This document shows positions 42,727 to 53,479 of a stretch of 64,000 nucleotides of DNA, in pieces. The stretch's first letter is position 1. Each line of letters begins with the position of its first letter. The DNA is from Ignavibacteriota bacterium. Its GTDB lineage: Bacteria > Bacteroidota > Ignavibacteria > UBA10030. Under the pieces are notes generated by a model. The model did no database searches and was not told the DNA's origin. It worked only from the letters and a program-made list of their open reading frames with translations. The stretch spans positions 384,001-448,000 of the forward strand of contig CAVSHO010000001.1 of the NCBI GenBank assembly GCA_963727825.1. The letters run 5' to 3'. The position numbers and the translations under genes are program-made.

Positions 42727-43866
42727 ATGAAACAATCCGAAGAAAACATTATAAAAGTAATCGTCATTGATGATTCTGCATTTATGAGGAAATCATTAAC
42801 GCTTATGTTGGAATCGGACCGAGAAATCCGTGTCATTGCTACTGCCCGGGATGGAAGTGAGGGAATAGAGAAGATTAGTAAATTGAAGCCCGACATAGTT
42901 ACATTAGATATTGAAATGCCTGGTATGGATGGCATCACCGCTTTAAAAATTATTATGGAACAAATGCCGTTGCCGGTGCTCATGGTCAGCTCGTTAACGA
43001 CAGAGAGCGCGCAAGCTACAATGCAGGCATTTGAATTAGGAGCAGTTGACTTCATTTCAAAAGATTTGGCATCTATCTCGACGAATATCAAGTATATCAA
43101 AGGCGAACTTATAGATAAGATAAAACAAATTGCACGAAGCCGTTTAATCCAAACACGATTCCGAATGAGACGGCTTGTGCAATCATCGCGTGAAAGAAAA
43201 GGTCAAATTGCATCACCATCTAAAATTGTCTCTTTCGAAAGTGTGGCACCAGGTTTTCAAGCTGTTGTTGTCGGAATATCAACAGGTGGACCTGAAGCTT
43301 TACACAATCTAATTCCAAAAATTCCGGAGCAGTTCCCTATCGGTATGACAATAGTACAACATATGCCCCCTCATTTTACAAAATCGCTGGCAGATAGACT
43401 GAATAATATAAGCAAAGTCAATGTAAGGGAAGCGGAACAAGGGGAAGTTGTTGAACCTGGAAAAGTACTAATTGCGCCCGGTGGAAAGCATTTGACGTTT
43501 CGCAATGATGGTCCAAATGTAGTAACGGAAATTTCTGATGAACCTATTAACGCATTATATCGGCCTTCTGCAGATATAATGATGAAATCTGCTTGTGTAA
43601 CATTTCATGGACCGCTGCTCGGCATCATTATGACTGGAATGGGAAGAGATGGCGTTGAAGGATTAAAATGCATTAAATCAAAGGGTGGATATGTAATTGC
43701 TCAAGATGAAGAAAGCTGTGTTGTATATGGTATGCCTCAGGCGGCACTTGATGAAGGTGTTGTTGATTCTATGATGCCACTCGAGAATATTTCTCTGGCA
43801 TTTAGCCGGTTGATAAAATTAAGAGCACAAGAATACCTGCCTATGGGCAGGGAAGAGGGTATATGA
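42727..43866 (+). CDS. cheB: Chemotaxis methylesterase CheB
   Basis: REC (IDDSAFMR, TLDIEMP) plus GISTGGP, QHMPP, TGMGRDG, SCVVYGMP. Confidence 0.96.
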   Translation: MKQSEENIIKVIVIDDSAFMRKSLTLMLESDREIRVIATARDGSEGIEKISKLKPDIVTLDIEMPGMDGITALKIIMEQMPLPVLMVSSLTTESAQATMQAFELGAVDFISKDLASISTNIKYIKGELIDKIKQIARSRLIQTRFRMRRLVQSSRERKGQIASPSKIVSFESVAPGFQAVVVGISTGGPEALHNLIPKIPEQFPIGMTIVQHMPPHFTKSLADRLNNISKVNVREAEQGEVVEPGKVLIAPGGKHLTFRNDGPNVVTEISDEPINALYRPSADIMMKSACVTFHGPLLGIIMTGMGRDGVEGLKCIKSKGGYVIAQDEESCVVYGMPQAALDEGVVDSMMPLENISLAFSRLIKLRAQEYLPMGREEGI

Positions 43867-45333
43867 TTGAATATACCGTTAATGAAAATTTGAATATTGC
43901 TTTCGGTGGGTCGGATGCCAAACGCGTTTCCGATAAGCAGAATAGCAAATCATTCATGCGCCTATTAGAGAATAACGACCAGTGTTCAAAATCAAATGAC
44001 TCTTTTTCAGAGAGCACAGACGGTAAGTTGATGCCAATGATGAACATTCAAGGTGCATTCCGTGCACTAGAACAATTAGCGTTGCACCGTCAAGAAACAA
44101 AACAACTCGCTGAACAAATTATTAAAGTTTATACCGAAATGCTTCGAGTTGATGGTGCTTGCATATACAAATACACAACCGAAAATAAACTTGAGATACT
44201 GGCTTGTAATAATACTTGGTCAAATATATTCTCTTCTCTGCAAGCAGCGGAAAAAGTCGATGATCAAAATCTCCTTTTATCCACAGATGTTTTATTGCCT
44301 TATCACGTGAACCTAAACATAAGAGAGATAGACCAATCGCCGAAAGCAGTGCCATTATTCTTGGGAACACGTAATTATGGTTCTATCTTATCCTTACCAC
44401 TGGTATGCGATGGAACGACGATTGGAGTTATATCGTTATTCAGTATCAATTCGCAATTCTTTTTGCCAGAGCATATCAACGAACTTCGAATGATTGCCTA
44501 TCTATCTGCTTTACTTTATATGAACATTCATATGAAGAGTATTCTAGAAAAAGAACAGATTGAACGAATAACTCTTCAAAATGATGTTCGGATGTTACAT
44601 GAGCAATTAGAGTCTCATCAACATAATCTTAACACTTATGAAGGAGCCGGTTCAGCTTATGAAGAATTGGAAGCATTGTCGTATTCGGTTTCTCATGATT
44701 TACGTTCACCAATAATTGCAGTGCGGAACAATTGCGAATGGTTGAGTACACGGGCATGCAGCAAACCTCGACACGGAAGGGCAATCACTTGTTCGGCAAA
44801 TTGCCGCAAGCTCTGAGCACATGGAAAAGCTTCTTGATGGATTCCTGGATTTCTCAAAAGTTGTTCGACTCGAGCTGCGACAATCACAGATTGACATGAC
44901 GACTCTTGTGCATACAGTTATCGATGAATTGTTGAAATGTGAATGCGGATCATCTTCTCTTTCAATAGCTGTCCGACCCCTACTGCCTGCATATGGCGAT
45001 GCAACACTGATACGACAAGTATGGTACAATCTTCTTTCGAATGCATTTAAATATACGCGCTATAAACAAATACGAGAAGTGACCATTGATTCATTTTCGT
45101 TCAACGGTGGCGTGAAATATTGCGTGAGTGATAACGGGGTCGGATTTGATATGCAATATGTTAACCGCCTTTTCGGTGCATTTCACAGACTGCACGCTGC
45201 CGAAGAATTTGAAGGAACGGGAGTTGGTTTGGCTATTGTCCAACGGATTGTTAGAAGACACGGTGGACAGGTTTGGGCTGAAGGCAAAGTGGATAATGGT
45301 GCTAAGTTCTATTTTACACTTCCAAAAACATAG
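43863..45333 (+). CDS. GAF-domain histidine kinase, apparent +1 frameshift at 44752-44754
   Basis: GAF (SILSLPLVCDGTTIGVI), ALSYSVSHDLRSP. Removing one G joins it to ORF 44821..45333 (NLLSNAFKY, DNGVGFD, GTGVGLAIV); 489 aa. Confidence 0.82.
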
Positions 45334-45366
45334 AAAAACAATAAATGTAATGACAGGCACAATGCA

Positions 45367-47661
45367 ATGACACACCAAGATGGAAATTTAAATATTCTGA
45401 TGCTGGAAGATATTCCGATTGATGCTGAAATGATCGAGAGGGAACTCCAGAACGCAAACATTTTGTACAACGCGCGACGGGTAGCTTCTAAGAATAAGTT
45501 CATAAAAGAACTTGAAATGTCTTACCCAGATTTAGTGCTCGCAGATTATTCACTGCCTCAGTTTAGCGGTTTGGAAGCATTGAAGATGGTCCGTGAAATG
45601 AAAAAAAGAATTCCATTTATCCTTGTCACAGGAATGAAGAATGAAGAAATAGCCGTCGAATGCCTTAAGGAAGGTGCCGATGATTATATCCTGAAGTCAA
45701 GTCTCCGTCGGTTACCGGGCGCAATTCAAAATGCACTCGAAAAACAGAGAGCAGAACAGGAGAATGAGCGGCTTGAGGAGGAACTCAGGCGATCTCAGAA
45801 ACAGATGCTCACCATCTTTGAGAGTATCACGGATGCATTTTTTTCCGTAAACAAGTCTTGGTATGTGATGTATTTAAACCCACGGTCCGATACATTTCTT
45901 GCGAAAGTGAATAAGAGACGTGAAGACCTCTGGGGAAAGAATTGGTGGACTGAATTTCCTGCTGCGAGAGATTCGGTAGCATATAAGGCTTTACATCGAG
46001 CGATGGCAGCCCATGAATTTGCTGAATTTGAAGAGTACAACTCTGCACTAAATTCATGGTTGCAAGTTCGGGCATACCCAGCAGAAGATGGACTTGCTAT
46101 TTATATGCAAGATATCTCTGAACGTAAAATAGCAGAGGAAAAAATTAGAGAGCAAGCGAATTTACTGGATATCGCACAAGATGCGATTATTGTTCGTGAT
46201 CTTAACGATAATATCATCTATTGGAATAATAGCGCTGAGAGAATCTATGGATGGAAGCAAGAAGAAGCAATTTTAAAAAATGCTTCTCAATTGTTAAGCA
46301 CAGAATTAGACAGTATTGAACGTGCGTTGCAAGATGTTAAAAAGAAGGGATCGTGGTTTGGTGAATTGCACCAAGTGACCAAGATGCAAAAGAGTGTTAT
46401 TGTCGAAAGCAGATGGAGTATTGTTCGAGATGGGCAAGGAAAGCCAAAGTCAATTCTTACCATCAATACAGACATCACAGATAAAAAGAATATCGAACAG
46501 CAGTTTCTTCGAGCGCAACGTTTAGAGAGCGTGGGTACACTGGCAAGCGGTCTTTTACATGATTTAAATAATGTCCTAACGCCAATAATTTTAGCTGTTC
46601 CCTTTATGCGAGAAAAATTAACAGATGAACCAAGTCAAGATATCTTAAGAACGCTGGAAAGCTCCGCAAAACGAGGTGAAGGAGTTGTAAGACAACTAAT
46701 ATCGTTCGTCCGGGGGGTTAAAGGCGAACGTGTTGTGCTTCAACTGAAACATCTTGTTAGGGAATTGTTAAATTTCATTGCGGAAACGTTCCCGCCAATA
46801 ATAAAAGTGGTGAAACATTGTCCGAAAGGTATTTGGTACGTCGTAGGAGATTCAACTCAATTATATCAGGTATTGATGAATCTTTCGATCAATGCTCGTG
46901 ATGCAATGCCCAATGGCGGAACACTCGCAATTGAATTACAGAACATTACACTCAGTGAACAAGAGGCAGGTTTACACCTTGGGGCCACACCCGGAATGTA
47001 TGTTATTTTAACTGTGAAAGATACTGGCAGTGGCATTCCACCAGAAATAATCAATCGAATATTCGACCCATTTTTCACAACAAAGGAACCAGGTAAAGGA
47101 ACTGGTTTAGGTCTCTCGTCAGCGTTAAGTATTGTAAAAAGCCATGGTGGTTTCATTGATGTTCATAGCGAGGTGGGAAAAGGAACAGAGTTTAAGGTCT
47201 TCCTTCCTGCCAATGAAGAAACAATGGAGGAACAGGTTGAACAAAGCTACACTATCCCGATGGGCAATGGTGAAACTATTCTTATTGTGGATGATGAAAA
47301 AAACCTGCGTGATCTTTTACGATCGACACTCGAAAAACAGAACTTTAAAGTATTATCTGCGTATGATGGAGAAAATGCAATTGCTGTATATAAAGAAAAT
47401 CAAGATAAGATTGATATTGTATTGATGGACATGCTGATGCCTAAACTAAGTGGGCTATCGGCAATTCCTGAGCTCAAGCAAATGAATCCGCAATTAAAAA
47501 TAATTGGTATGACAGGAAGCATGTTGGACAACCCGCGCAGTGAAATGAAAACGTTAATGCAAGAATTACCTTTTATTCAAAAGCCTTTTAGTTGTGAGGA
47601 TATAATCAAAATGGTGAACAATGTACTGTTTGAAGCTCCAAAGGCCTACATAGAGGAATGA
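45367..47661 (+). CDS. Hybrid histidine kinase REC-PAS-PAS-HisKA-HATPase-REC
   Basis: N-terminal REC (LADYSLP), two PAS, GLLHDLNN, NARDAM, FFTTKEPGKGTGLGL, C-terminal REC (LIVDDE, LMDMLMP, QKPF). Confidence 0.92.
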   Translation: MTHQDGNLNILMLEDIPIDAEMIERELQNANILYNARRVASKNKFIKELEMSYPDLVLADYSLPQFSGLEALKMVREMKKRIPFILVTGMKNEEIAVECLKEGADDYILKSSLRRLPGAIQNALEKQRAEQENERLEEELRRSQKQMLTIFESITDAFFSVNKSWYVMYLNPRSDTFLAKVNKRREDLWGKNWWTEFPAARDSVAYKALHRAMAAHEFAEFEEYNSALNSWLQVRAYPAEDGLAIYMQDISERKIAEEKIREQANLLDIAQDAIIVRDLNDNIIYWNNSAERIYGWKQEEAILKNASQLLSTELDSIERALQDVKKKGSWFGELHQVTKMQKSVIVESRWSIVRDGQGKPKSILTINTDITDKKNIEQQFLRAQRLESVGTLASGLLHDLNNVLTPIILAVPFMREKLTDEPSQDILRTLESSAKRGEGVVRQLISFVRGVKGERVVLQLKHLVRELLNFIAETFPPIIKVVKHCPKGIWYVVGDSTQLYQVLMNLSINARDAMPNGGTLAIELQNITLSEQEAGLHLGATPGMYVILTVKDTGSGIPPEIINRIFDPFFTTKEPGKGTGLGLSSALSIVKSHGGFIDVHSEVGKGTEFKVFLPANEETMEEQVEQSYTIPMGNGETILIVDDEKNLRDLLRSTLEKQNFKVLSAYDGENAIAVYKENQDKIDIVLMDMLMPKLSGLSAIPELKQMNPQLKIIGMTGSMLDNPRSEMKTLMQELPFIQKPFSCEDIIKMVNNVLFEAPKAYIEE

Positions 47662-47718
47662 TTTATACATTTAGTGAAATGCTGTTTGTACTTCGGTTCG
47701 ATAATGAGATAAAATATT

Positions 47719-49317
47719 ATGGCTACTGTTAAGACAATTTGGGATCAAAAAAGAATCGGTGTAATTCGGAAGGTTACAACCTCAACTGCGACTGTTGCAC
47801 TTGATTCGCAATTATCAAGTCTTTCAGTACAATTGAATGGGAAATCATACCCTATTGGACAGATAGGTACCTATGTGCTTGTACCGGTTGGCAGACAAGT
47901 TTTACTTGGCATGGTAGCAGAATTCAAAAAGTTCGAATATGGCGAAAATGGGAAAACAAAATCTCATTATGAAATGATAATTTCTCTTATTGGATCTGTA
48001 AAGAACGGTATTTTTGAACGTGGTGTTTCCACTTTTCCAACAGCAGAAACGCCGGTGTATATTCTTGAAGAAAAGGATCTTGCTGTTGCTTTTTCAGTGT
48101 TTCAGCGGTTCGGGTTTTCGACTGGCAGACTTTCACTCTTTGAAAACGAACGAGCCTATGTTGATCCAAATCGATTTTTTGGAAAGCACCTTGCAGTGAT
48201 TGGAACAAGTGGCTCCGGTAAGTCGTGCACTGTTGCTTCAATTCTTCAAAAAGTGGTGGGCTTCCCTGACACGAAGGTTATCATTTTAGACATACACAAT
48301 GAATATCGAAAAGCTTTTCCAAAAAACAGTCAGTATCTAAATCTGACGGAACTCGAGTTGCCATTCTGGCTAATGACTTTTCAAGAAATGATGGAAGTGT
48401 TCGTTAATCCTTCAGATGAACACGCTGCAACTCATATTACCGTTTTAAAAGAGCTCGTATTTCAAGCAAAACGCTTGCAAAATCCGGAATTAAAAAACGT
48501 CTTGACTATCGATACACCTGTATACTACGATTTCGAAAAAGTCCGTTCGAAAATAGAGGCACTTGATTCTGAAAAAAACGGTCCCTTTTACGGAAAGTTT
48601 GCCAGATTCTTAGTACAACTGGATACTAAATTGAATGACCCGCGTTACGACTTCATGTTTAAACCCAGACAATTTATTCACTCTGCTTCTTTTTCGGAAT
48701 TACTGACAAAAATGTTTGGACCTAATGGGGGCGCGAAGATTACGATAATGGACATGAGTGGCGTTCCCTTCGACATCGTGAACACTGTTGTTTCTCTTAT
48801 GGCGAGATTAGCATTTGATTTTAATTTTTGGAATATTAGCCGTCGTGAATGTCCTATCCTTTTAGTCTTTGAAGAAGCACATAACTATTTATCAACAAGT
48901 ACAGAAGGAACACAAGCGGCCAGGCGCACCGTTGAACGTATCGCAAAAGAAGGCAGAAAATACGGTGTAAGTTGTATGATCGTAAGCCAGAGGCCCTCTG
49001 ATATTTCAGAAACTATTTTGTCTCAATGTAATAACTTTGTAGTAATGCGTCTCACAAATCCGGTGGATCAGAATTATGTTTGTCGGCTCGTTGCAGATAC
49101 ATATCCCGGTCTTGAAAGCCTTCTACCATCGCTTCGGCAGGGAGAGGGATTATTTGTTGGTGATGCTGTTCCTATGCCCTTACGTATTCAAATTGATCCG
49201 CCAGATCCTGAACCGGCAAGCGCCGATATACAATTTTTTGATAAATGGAAACGTAAGAATGAACCGACAAATGTTAGTGAAATAGTCAGAAGATGGTGGC
49301 ACCAAGAGCGTTGTTAA
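47719..49317 (+). CDS. HerA/FtsK-superfamily ATPase (HAS-barrel + DUF87/DUF853)
   Basis: N-terminal beta-rich HAS-barrel-like region (IGQIGTYV, FERGVSTFPT), Walker A GKHLAVIGTSGSGKS, ILDIHNEY, Walker B LVFEEAHNY, ERIAKEGRKYG, SQRPSDISETILSQC. Confidence 0.9.
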   Translation: MATVKTIWDQKRIGVIRKVTTSTATVALDSQLSSLSVQLNGKSYPIGQIGTYVLVPVGRQVLLGMVAEFKKFEYGENGKTKSHYEMIISLIGSVKNGIFERGVSTFPTAETPVYILEEKDLAVAFSVFQRFGFSTGRLSLFENERAYVDPNRFFGKHLAVIGTSGSGKSCTVASILQKVVGFPDTKVIILDIHNEYRKAFPKNSQYLNLTELELPFWLMTFQEMMEVFVNPSDEHAATHITVLKELVFQAKRLQNPELKNVLTIDTPVYYDFEKVRSKIEALDSEKNGPFYGKFARFLVQLDTKLNDPRYDFMFKPRQFIHSASFSELLTKMFGPNGGAKITIMDMSGVPFDIVNTVVSLMARLAFDFNFWNISRRECPILLVFEEAHNYLSTSTEGTQAARRTVERIAKEGRKYGVSCMIVSQRPSDISETILSQCNNFVVMRLTNPVDQNYVCRLVADTYPGLESLLPSLRQGEGLFVGDAVPMPLRIQIDPPDPEPASADIQFFDKWKRKNEPTNVSEIVRRWWHQERC

Positions 49318-49413
49318 TGTGAACAATAATGTACTTTGCAGAAACTGAACAATTGTAGAATTCATAAATTATCGACGTGGTAACAATATTATCAACAATA
49401 TTGTGTAAAAATT

Positions 49414-50679
49414 GTGATTGACCGACAAGTAATGGCTACAACACCGAATGCATCAGAAGAAATTCGAATGGAAGCCAACCATATCTTAAAAGTGGTTGAT
49501 CAAGCCATAAAAGCAGGATTTCTAAATGAGGCAAAAGAGCATCTTGATAAAGCAAAGATGATTGATCCGACCAATGCATACATTTATGCATTCCAGGAGC
49601 GAATCGCCTTCCTGAAAGAGGAAGCAGAAAAGAAAAAAGCTGCAGTATCTAACCGTGGAGCGATGGAGGATGCAGCACGAGCAAAACTCGATGCAGATCG
49701 TCGGTTAGCAGAAGAGGACCGGTTAAAAAAAGAAGATGCGCAGGTGAAACAACTAGAAGAGTGGCATCTGAAAAAACTCGAAGCGGAGAAACGGCACCAG
49801 GAAGAATTGATACGGGCTACTAAAGGACAAACAACATCTAACGCAACTCCTGCTTCAGATGCCCCGGAACAGCATAAAAAAACTGAGGGTGTACAGAAGG
49901 GAAAATCGGTACCACAGCAAAGACTTGTACCAACAACGACACAGCAGAATGAACCGGCGACTAAAGTGGGCGATCAAGCCCACGATATGTACAAACGAGT
50001 GTTGCTGCTTGCTTGGGCAGATGGTGCGATCTCACCGGAAGAGGAGAGTCAACTCAGGGATTTAAGAACATCACTCCGTATTACAATGGAGGAACATACA
50101 CAACTTGAGTTAGAAGCCAAGGAAGAATCCTATGCACATGCATTCACACTTGTTTGGACTTCCGGTATGAATGCGAGGGAGCGTTCAGCTGTCATTAATG
50201 AACTCCGACAAAAGTATCATATTTCATCCGAAGCACATTCAAGAGTCGAAGCAAATGTTCTCATGGAATTTGGTGATCGTCAGAATAAGCCAACGCTCTA
50301 TGTTATTGATGACGACGAGAATACGCTTGGGATGATCGTGCGAGTACTTGAAGCTGGTGGATTTGCTGTAAAGGCTTTCAATACGTCTGATGAAGCACTT
50401 GTCGGACTTAAAAGTGATTTGCCTGATTTAATCATCTCTGATATCAATCTTGAAACTTCAACAATTGGAGGATTTTCGTTCTATGAAAAAGTCCGACAAT
50501 TGCATCATCTAAGTCACGTACCGTTCATTTTTCTAAGTGGAATGATTGATGAGGGTATGATACGATATGGGAAAGGTTTAGGGGCAGATGATTATCTGAC
50601 AAAACCGTTTTCCGGTGAAATGCTTCTCGATACTATCAAAGGGAAATTAAAACGCTATAAACAGCTAAAAAACAATTAG
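49414..50679 (+). CDS. Response regulator with N-terminal TPR-like helix pair, coiled coil, TerB-like domain and C-terminal REC
   Basis: LDKAKMIDPTNAYIYAF; charged coiled coil; LAWADGAISPEEESQL; YVIDDDE, ISDINL, LTKPF. Confidence 0.78.
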   Translation: MIDRQVMATTPNASEEIRMEANHILKVVDQAIKAGFLNEAKEHLDKAKMIDPTNAYIYAFQERIAFLKEEAEKKKAAVSNRGAMEDAARAKLDADRRLAEEDRLKKEDAQVKQLEEWHLKKLEAEKRHQEELIRATKGQTTSNATPASDAPEQHKKTEGVQKGKSVPQQRLVPTTTQQNEPATKVGDQAHDMYKRVLLLAWADGAISPEEESQLRDLRTSLRITMEEHTQLELEAKEESYAHAFTLVWTSGMNARERSAVINELRQKYHISSEAHSRVEANVLMEFGDRQNKPTLYVIDDDENTLGMIVRVLEAGGFAVKAFNTSDEALVGLKSDLPDLIISDINLETSTIGGFSFYEKVRQLHHLSHVPFIFLSGMIDEGMIRYGKGLGADDYLTKPFSGEMLLDTIKGKLKRYKQLKNN

Positions 50680-50728
50680 TATTGACATAACAATATAGTA
50701 AGCTGACTTCATTTAAAGGAGCAAAGCC

Positions 50729-52369
50729 ATGATTGAAAAACTTAGAAAATCTTTAGAAACCAGAATGATCGCCTCTTTTCTCGTACCATTATTGGCTATA
50801 TCCATCTGCGGAGTCATTATTACTTGGATTAATCAGGAGTCGGCAGGACGGGAAGCGATAAATAACAATGCTCGAGTGATTTCGGAAACCATTTCCTTTG
50901 CTGCCGGTGCGGGATTGAATGACGGCAATTTCGACCTTGTACAAACATCCTTCGATTGGGCAAGAAAAGATCCCGCTGTTATATTTATTTTAATTTTAGA
51001 CGAATCCAACCAAACGATTATTGAACATAATCCTAGAAACTTGAAATACAATGCAACAACACTTATGCAAGAATTAAAATTTGAAGATACAAAAGATATC
51101 GTGCTAGTGTCACGTCCTGTCGAATATAAGGGGAAAAAGCTGGGAACAACGCTTGTTGGTTTATCGATGGAATCTGTAATGTCGGTAATTATGAGACAAA
51201 TCTTGGTCGAATTGGTTATATTTTTCGTCTTCGTAGTATTAGGAACATGGTGGGTTGTTCGATACACACGAAGTTTGGTCAGTGACATAAAGATGATACA
51301 AAAAAATATTGAAAACGCAGATCTTAACACACAGATAAATTCAGAACGGCAAGACGAAATGGGTCAGCTTCAACATTCCTTCGATCAATTTGTAGAGTCT
51401 ATTCGGGACACATTGATTCAAGTATCGGAAACGGCGTCTTCCGTTGCGAGCGCAAGTGCCGAGATAAGCTCGAGCACAGAAGAGATGGCAGCTGGTTCTC
51501 AAGAACAGACCACGCAATCGGAGGAAATAGCAAGGGCGGTTGAGCAAATGGCCAAAAGCATCGCCGTGAATTCAGAGAATGCCGGGGAAACTGCACATAC
51601 TGCAGAGCAAGCTAAAATCGCTGCAGAACAAGGTGGAAAGGTCGTTACAGACACGGTCGCCGAAATGAAACAAATTGCGAATGTTGTACGAGAATCTGCA
51701 GGGACAATTCAAAATCTTGGCAAATCAAGCGACGAAATTGGCGAGATAATTGGCGTAATCGAACATATTGCCGACCAGACAAACTTGTTAGCACTTAATG
51801 CGGCTATCGAAGCGGCGAGGGCGGGTGAGCAAGGTCGCGGATTTGCAGTGGTTGCCGACGAAGTGAGGAAATTGGCAGAACAAACTACGAAAGCAACAAA
51901 ACAAATAGCCGGCATGATTCAACAAATTCAATCAGATAGCCATGGTGCTGTTAGCTCAATGGCAAATGCGACAAAGCAGGTGGATGCAGGGATTGTGTTA
52001 GCGGATCAGGCTGGAGCATCGCTGCAGGAGATCGTTAAGACTTCGCAAAAGGTTACAGACATGGTTACACAAATTGCAGTTGCAAACGAAGAGCAGTCAA
52101 GCACCAGTGAACAAATCAGCAAAAACATGGAAGCCATTGCCACGGTTACTCAACAAACAGCTTCAGGGACTCAACAAATTGCTCGTGCAGCGGAAGATCT
52201 GAATCGATTGACAGAAACTCTTCAACAACTTGTCAATCAGTTCAAATTAACATCACAAAAGGAACATGATACATTTTCATCATCTTCTCAGAAATCATTT
52301 GAATTGAAACCACGATCGAAATATGCTCTTGGCGAGAATTCGTCGTTGCCGACTAATCAAAAGAATTAA
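50729..52369 (+). CDS. Methyl-accepting chemotaxis protein
   Basis: Two TMs around a short periplasmic domain, HAMP (RQDEMGQL), [38 protein letters not shown]. Confidence 0.96.
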   Translation: MIEKLRKSLETRMIASFLVPLLAISICGVIITWINQESAGREAINNNARVISETISFAAGAGLNDGNFDLVQTSFDWARKDPAVIFILILDESNQTIIEHNPRNLKYNATTLMQELKFEDTKDIVLVSRPVEYKGKKLGTTLVGLSMESVMSVIMRQILVELVIFFVFVVLGTWWVVRYTRSLVSDIKMIQKNIENADLNTQINSERQDEMGQLQHSFDQFVESIRDTLIQVSETASSVASASAEISSSTEEMAAGSQEQTTQSEEIARAVEQMAKSIAVNSENAGETAHTAEQAKIAAEQGGKVVTDTVAEMKQIANVVRESAGTIQNLGKSSDEIGEIIGVIEHIADQTNLLALNAAIEAARAGEQGRGFAVVADEVRKLAEQTTKATKQIAGMIQQIQSDSHGAVSSMANATKQVDAGIVLADQAGASLQEIVKTSQKVTDMVTQIAVANEEQSSTSEQISKNMEAIATVTQQTASGTQQIARAAEDLNRLTETLQQLVNQFKLTSQKEHDTFSSSSQKSFELKPRSKYALGENSSLPTNQKN

Positions 52370-52486
52370 CAAAAAAATAGAAAAGGATACAATTTTATCA
52401 AATTCTAAGTAATAACAATTATCTGTTTTGATGAACACTGTGCCTATTGAAGAGTAACCAAGAACATACGGAAGGAGAGGAATATA

Positions 52487-53479
52487 ATGAAAAACGGAAT
52501 AGTTTTTTTGTTCTGCCTTATTCTTATAAGCTTTGGTTTGATTTTAGCACAGCCTAATAATAGAAGTGAGAAAAGCATCACGATAGGACTTATAGGAAAG
52601 AGCCAATCAAATCCTGTGTTTATAGCCGCATATTCTGGAGCCCGTGTAGCCGCAAAAGAACTTGGCGCTAAATATGGTGTGGATGTTATTATCGATTGGC
52701 AGACACCGGAGACTGAGAACCCAAAGGAGCAAGTTCAGGCAATTGAACGGCTTAGTCATTCTGGTGCGGCTGGAATTGCCATTGCTTGCAGCGATGCAAA
52801 AATTCTTACTCCATCTATCGACAAAGCGGTTGATCTTGGTATACAAGTAGTTTGCTTTGATGCCGATGCACCGAAGAGTAAACGTTTTGCCTATTATGGT
52901 TCGGATAATGCTGAATTTGGACGCACACTTATGAAGGAACTTGCTCAAGTAATGAATAAACATGGAGTTGTGGCAATTATTGGTGGTAATAAGAGTGCAT
53001 TGAATCTTCAAAGCCGTATTCAAGCTGCCAAAGAAGAACTTAAGAATTATCCATCGATGAGTCTTCTCACAAATGGAGTTTTTTATCATGAGGAACTTCC
53101 GGAGAAGGCGGCTGAAGCAGTAGCTCGAGCACAAAAAGCAAATCCCCAAATTGGAGGTTGGATATTTATCGGTGGATGGCCGCTCTGGAATAAAAATGCG
53201 ATAAAATGGGAACCAGGGAAAGTAAAAATCGTTGCCTGCGATGCGCTACCCGATGAATTAGAATATGTCAAGAGTGGTCATGTTCAAGTTCTTATCGCGC
53301 AGGGTTGCTTTTTATGGGGATATAAATCAGTCGAAATTTTGCTTAATAAGATCCTGAAGAATCAGACACCAACTATTGAATTGATTGTCGATCCACCGAC
53401 TCGTGTCACGAAAGAAAACATGGAGGAATGGTCATTGAATTGGAAGAAATGGTTATTCAAAGAAGCATTGAATCGTTGA
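52487..53479 (+). CDS. Second periplasmic sugar-binding protein (type I PBP)
   Basis: Signal peptide, IGKSQSNPVF, VVCFDADAP, GSDNAEFG, VACDAL. Confidence 0.85.
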   Translation: MKNGIVFLFCLILISFGLILAQPNNRSEKSITIGLIGKSQSNPVFIAAYSGARVAAKELGAKYGVDVIIDWQTPETENPKEQVQAIERLSHSGAAGIAIACSDAKILTPSIDKAVDLGIQVVCFDADAPKSKRFAYYGSDNAEFGRTLMKELAQVMNKHGVVAIIGGNKSALNLQSRIQAAKEELKNYPSMSLLTNGVFYHEELPEKAAEAVARAQKANPQIGGWIFIGGWPLWNKNAIKWEPGKVKIVACDALPDELEYVKSGHVQVLIAQGCFLWGYKSVEILLNKILKNQTPTIELIVDPPTRVTKENMEEWSLNWKKWLFKEALNR

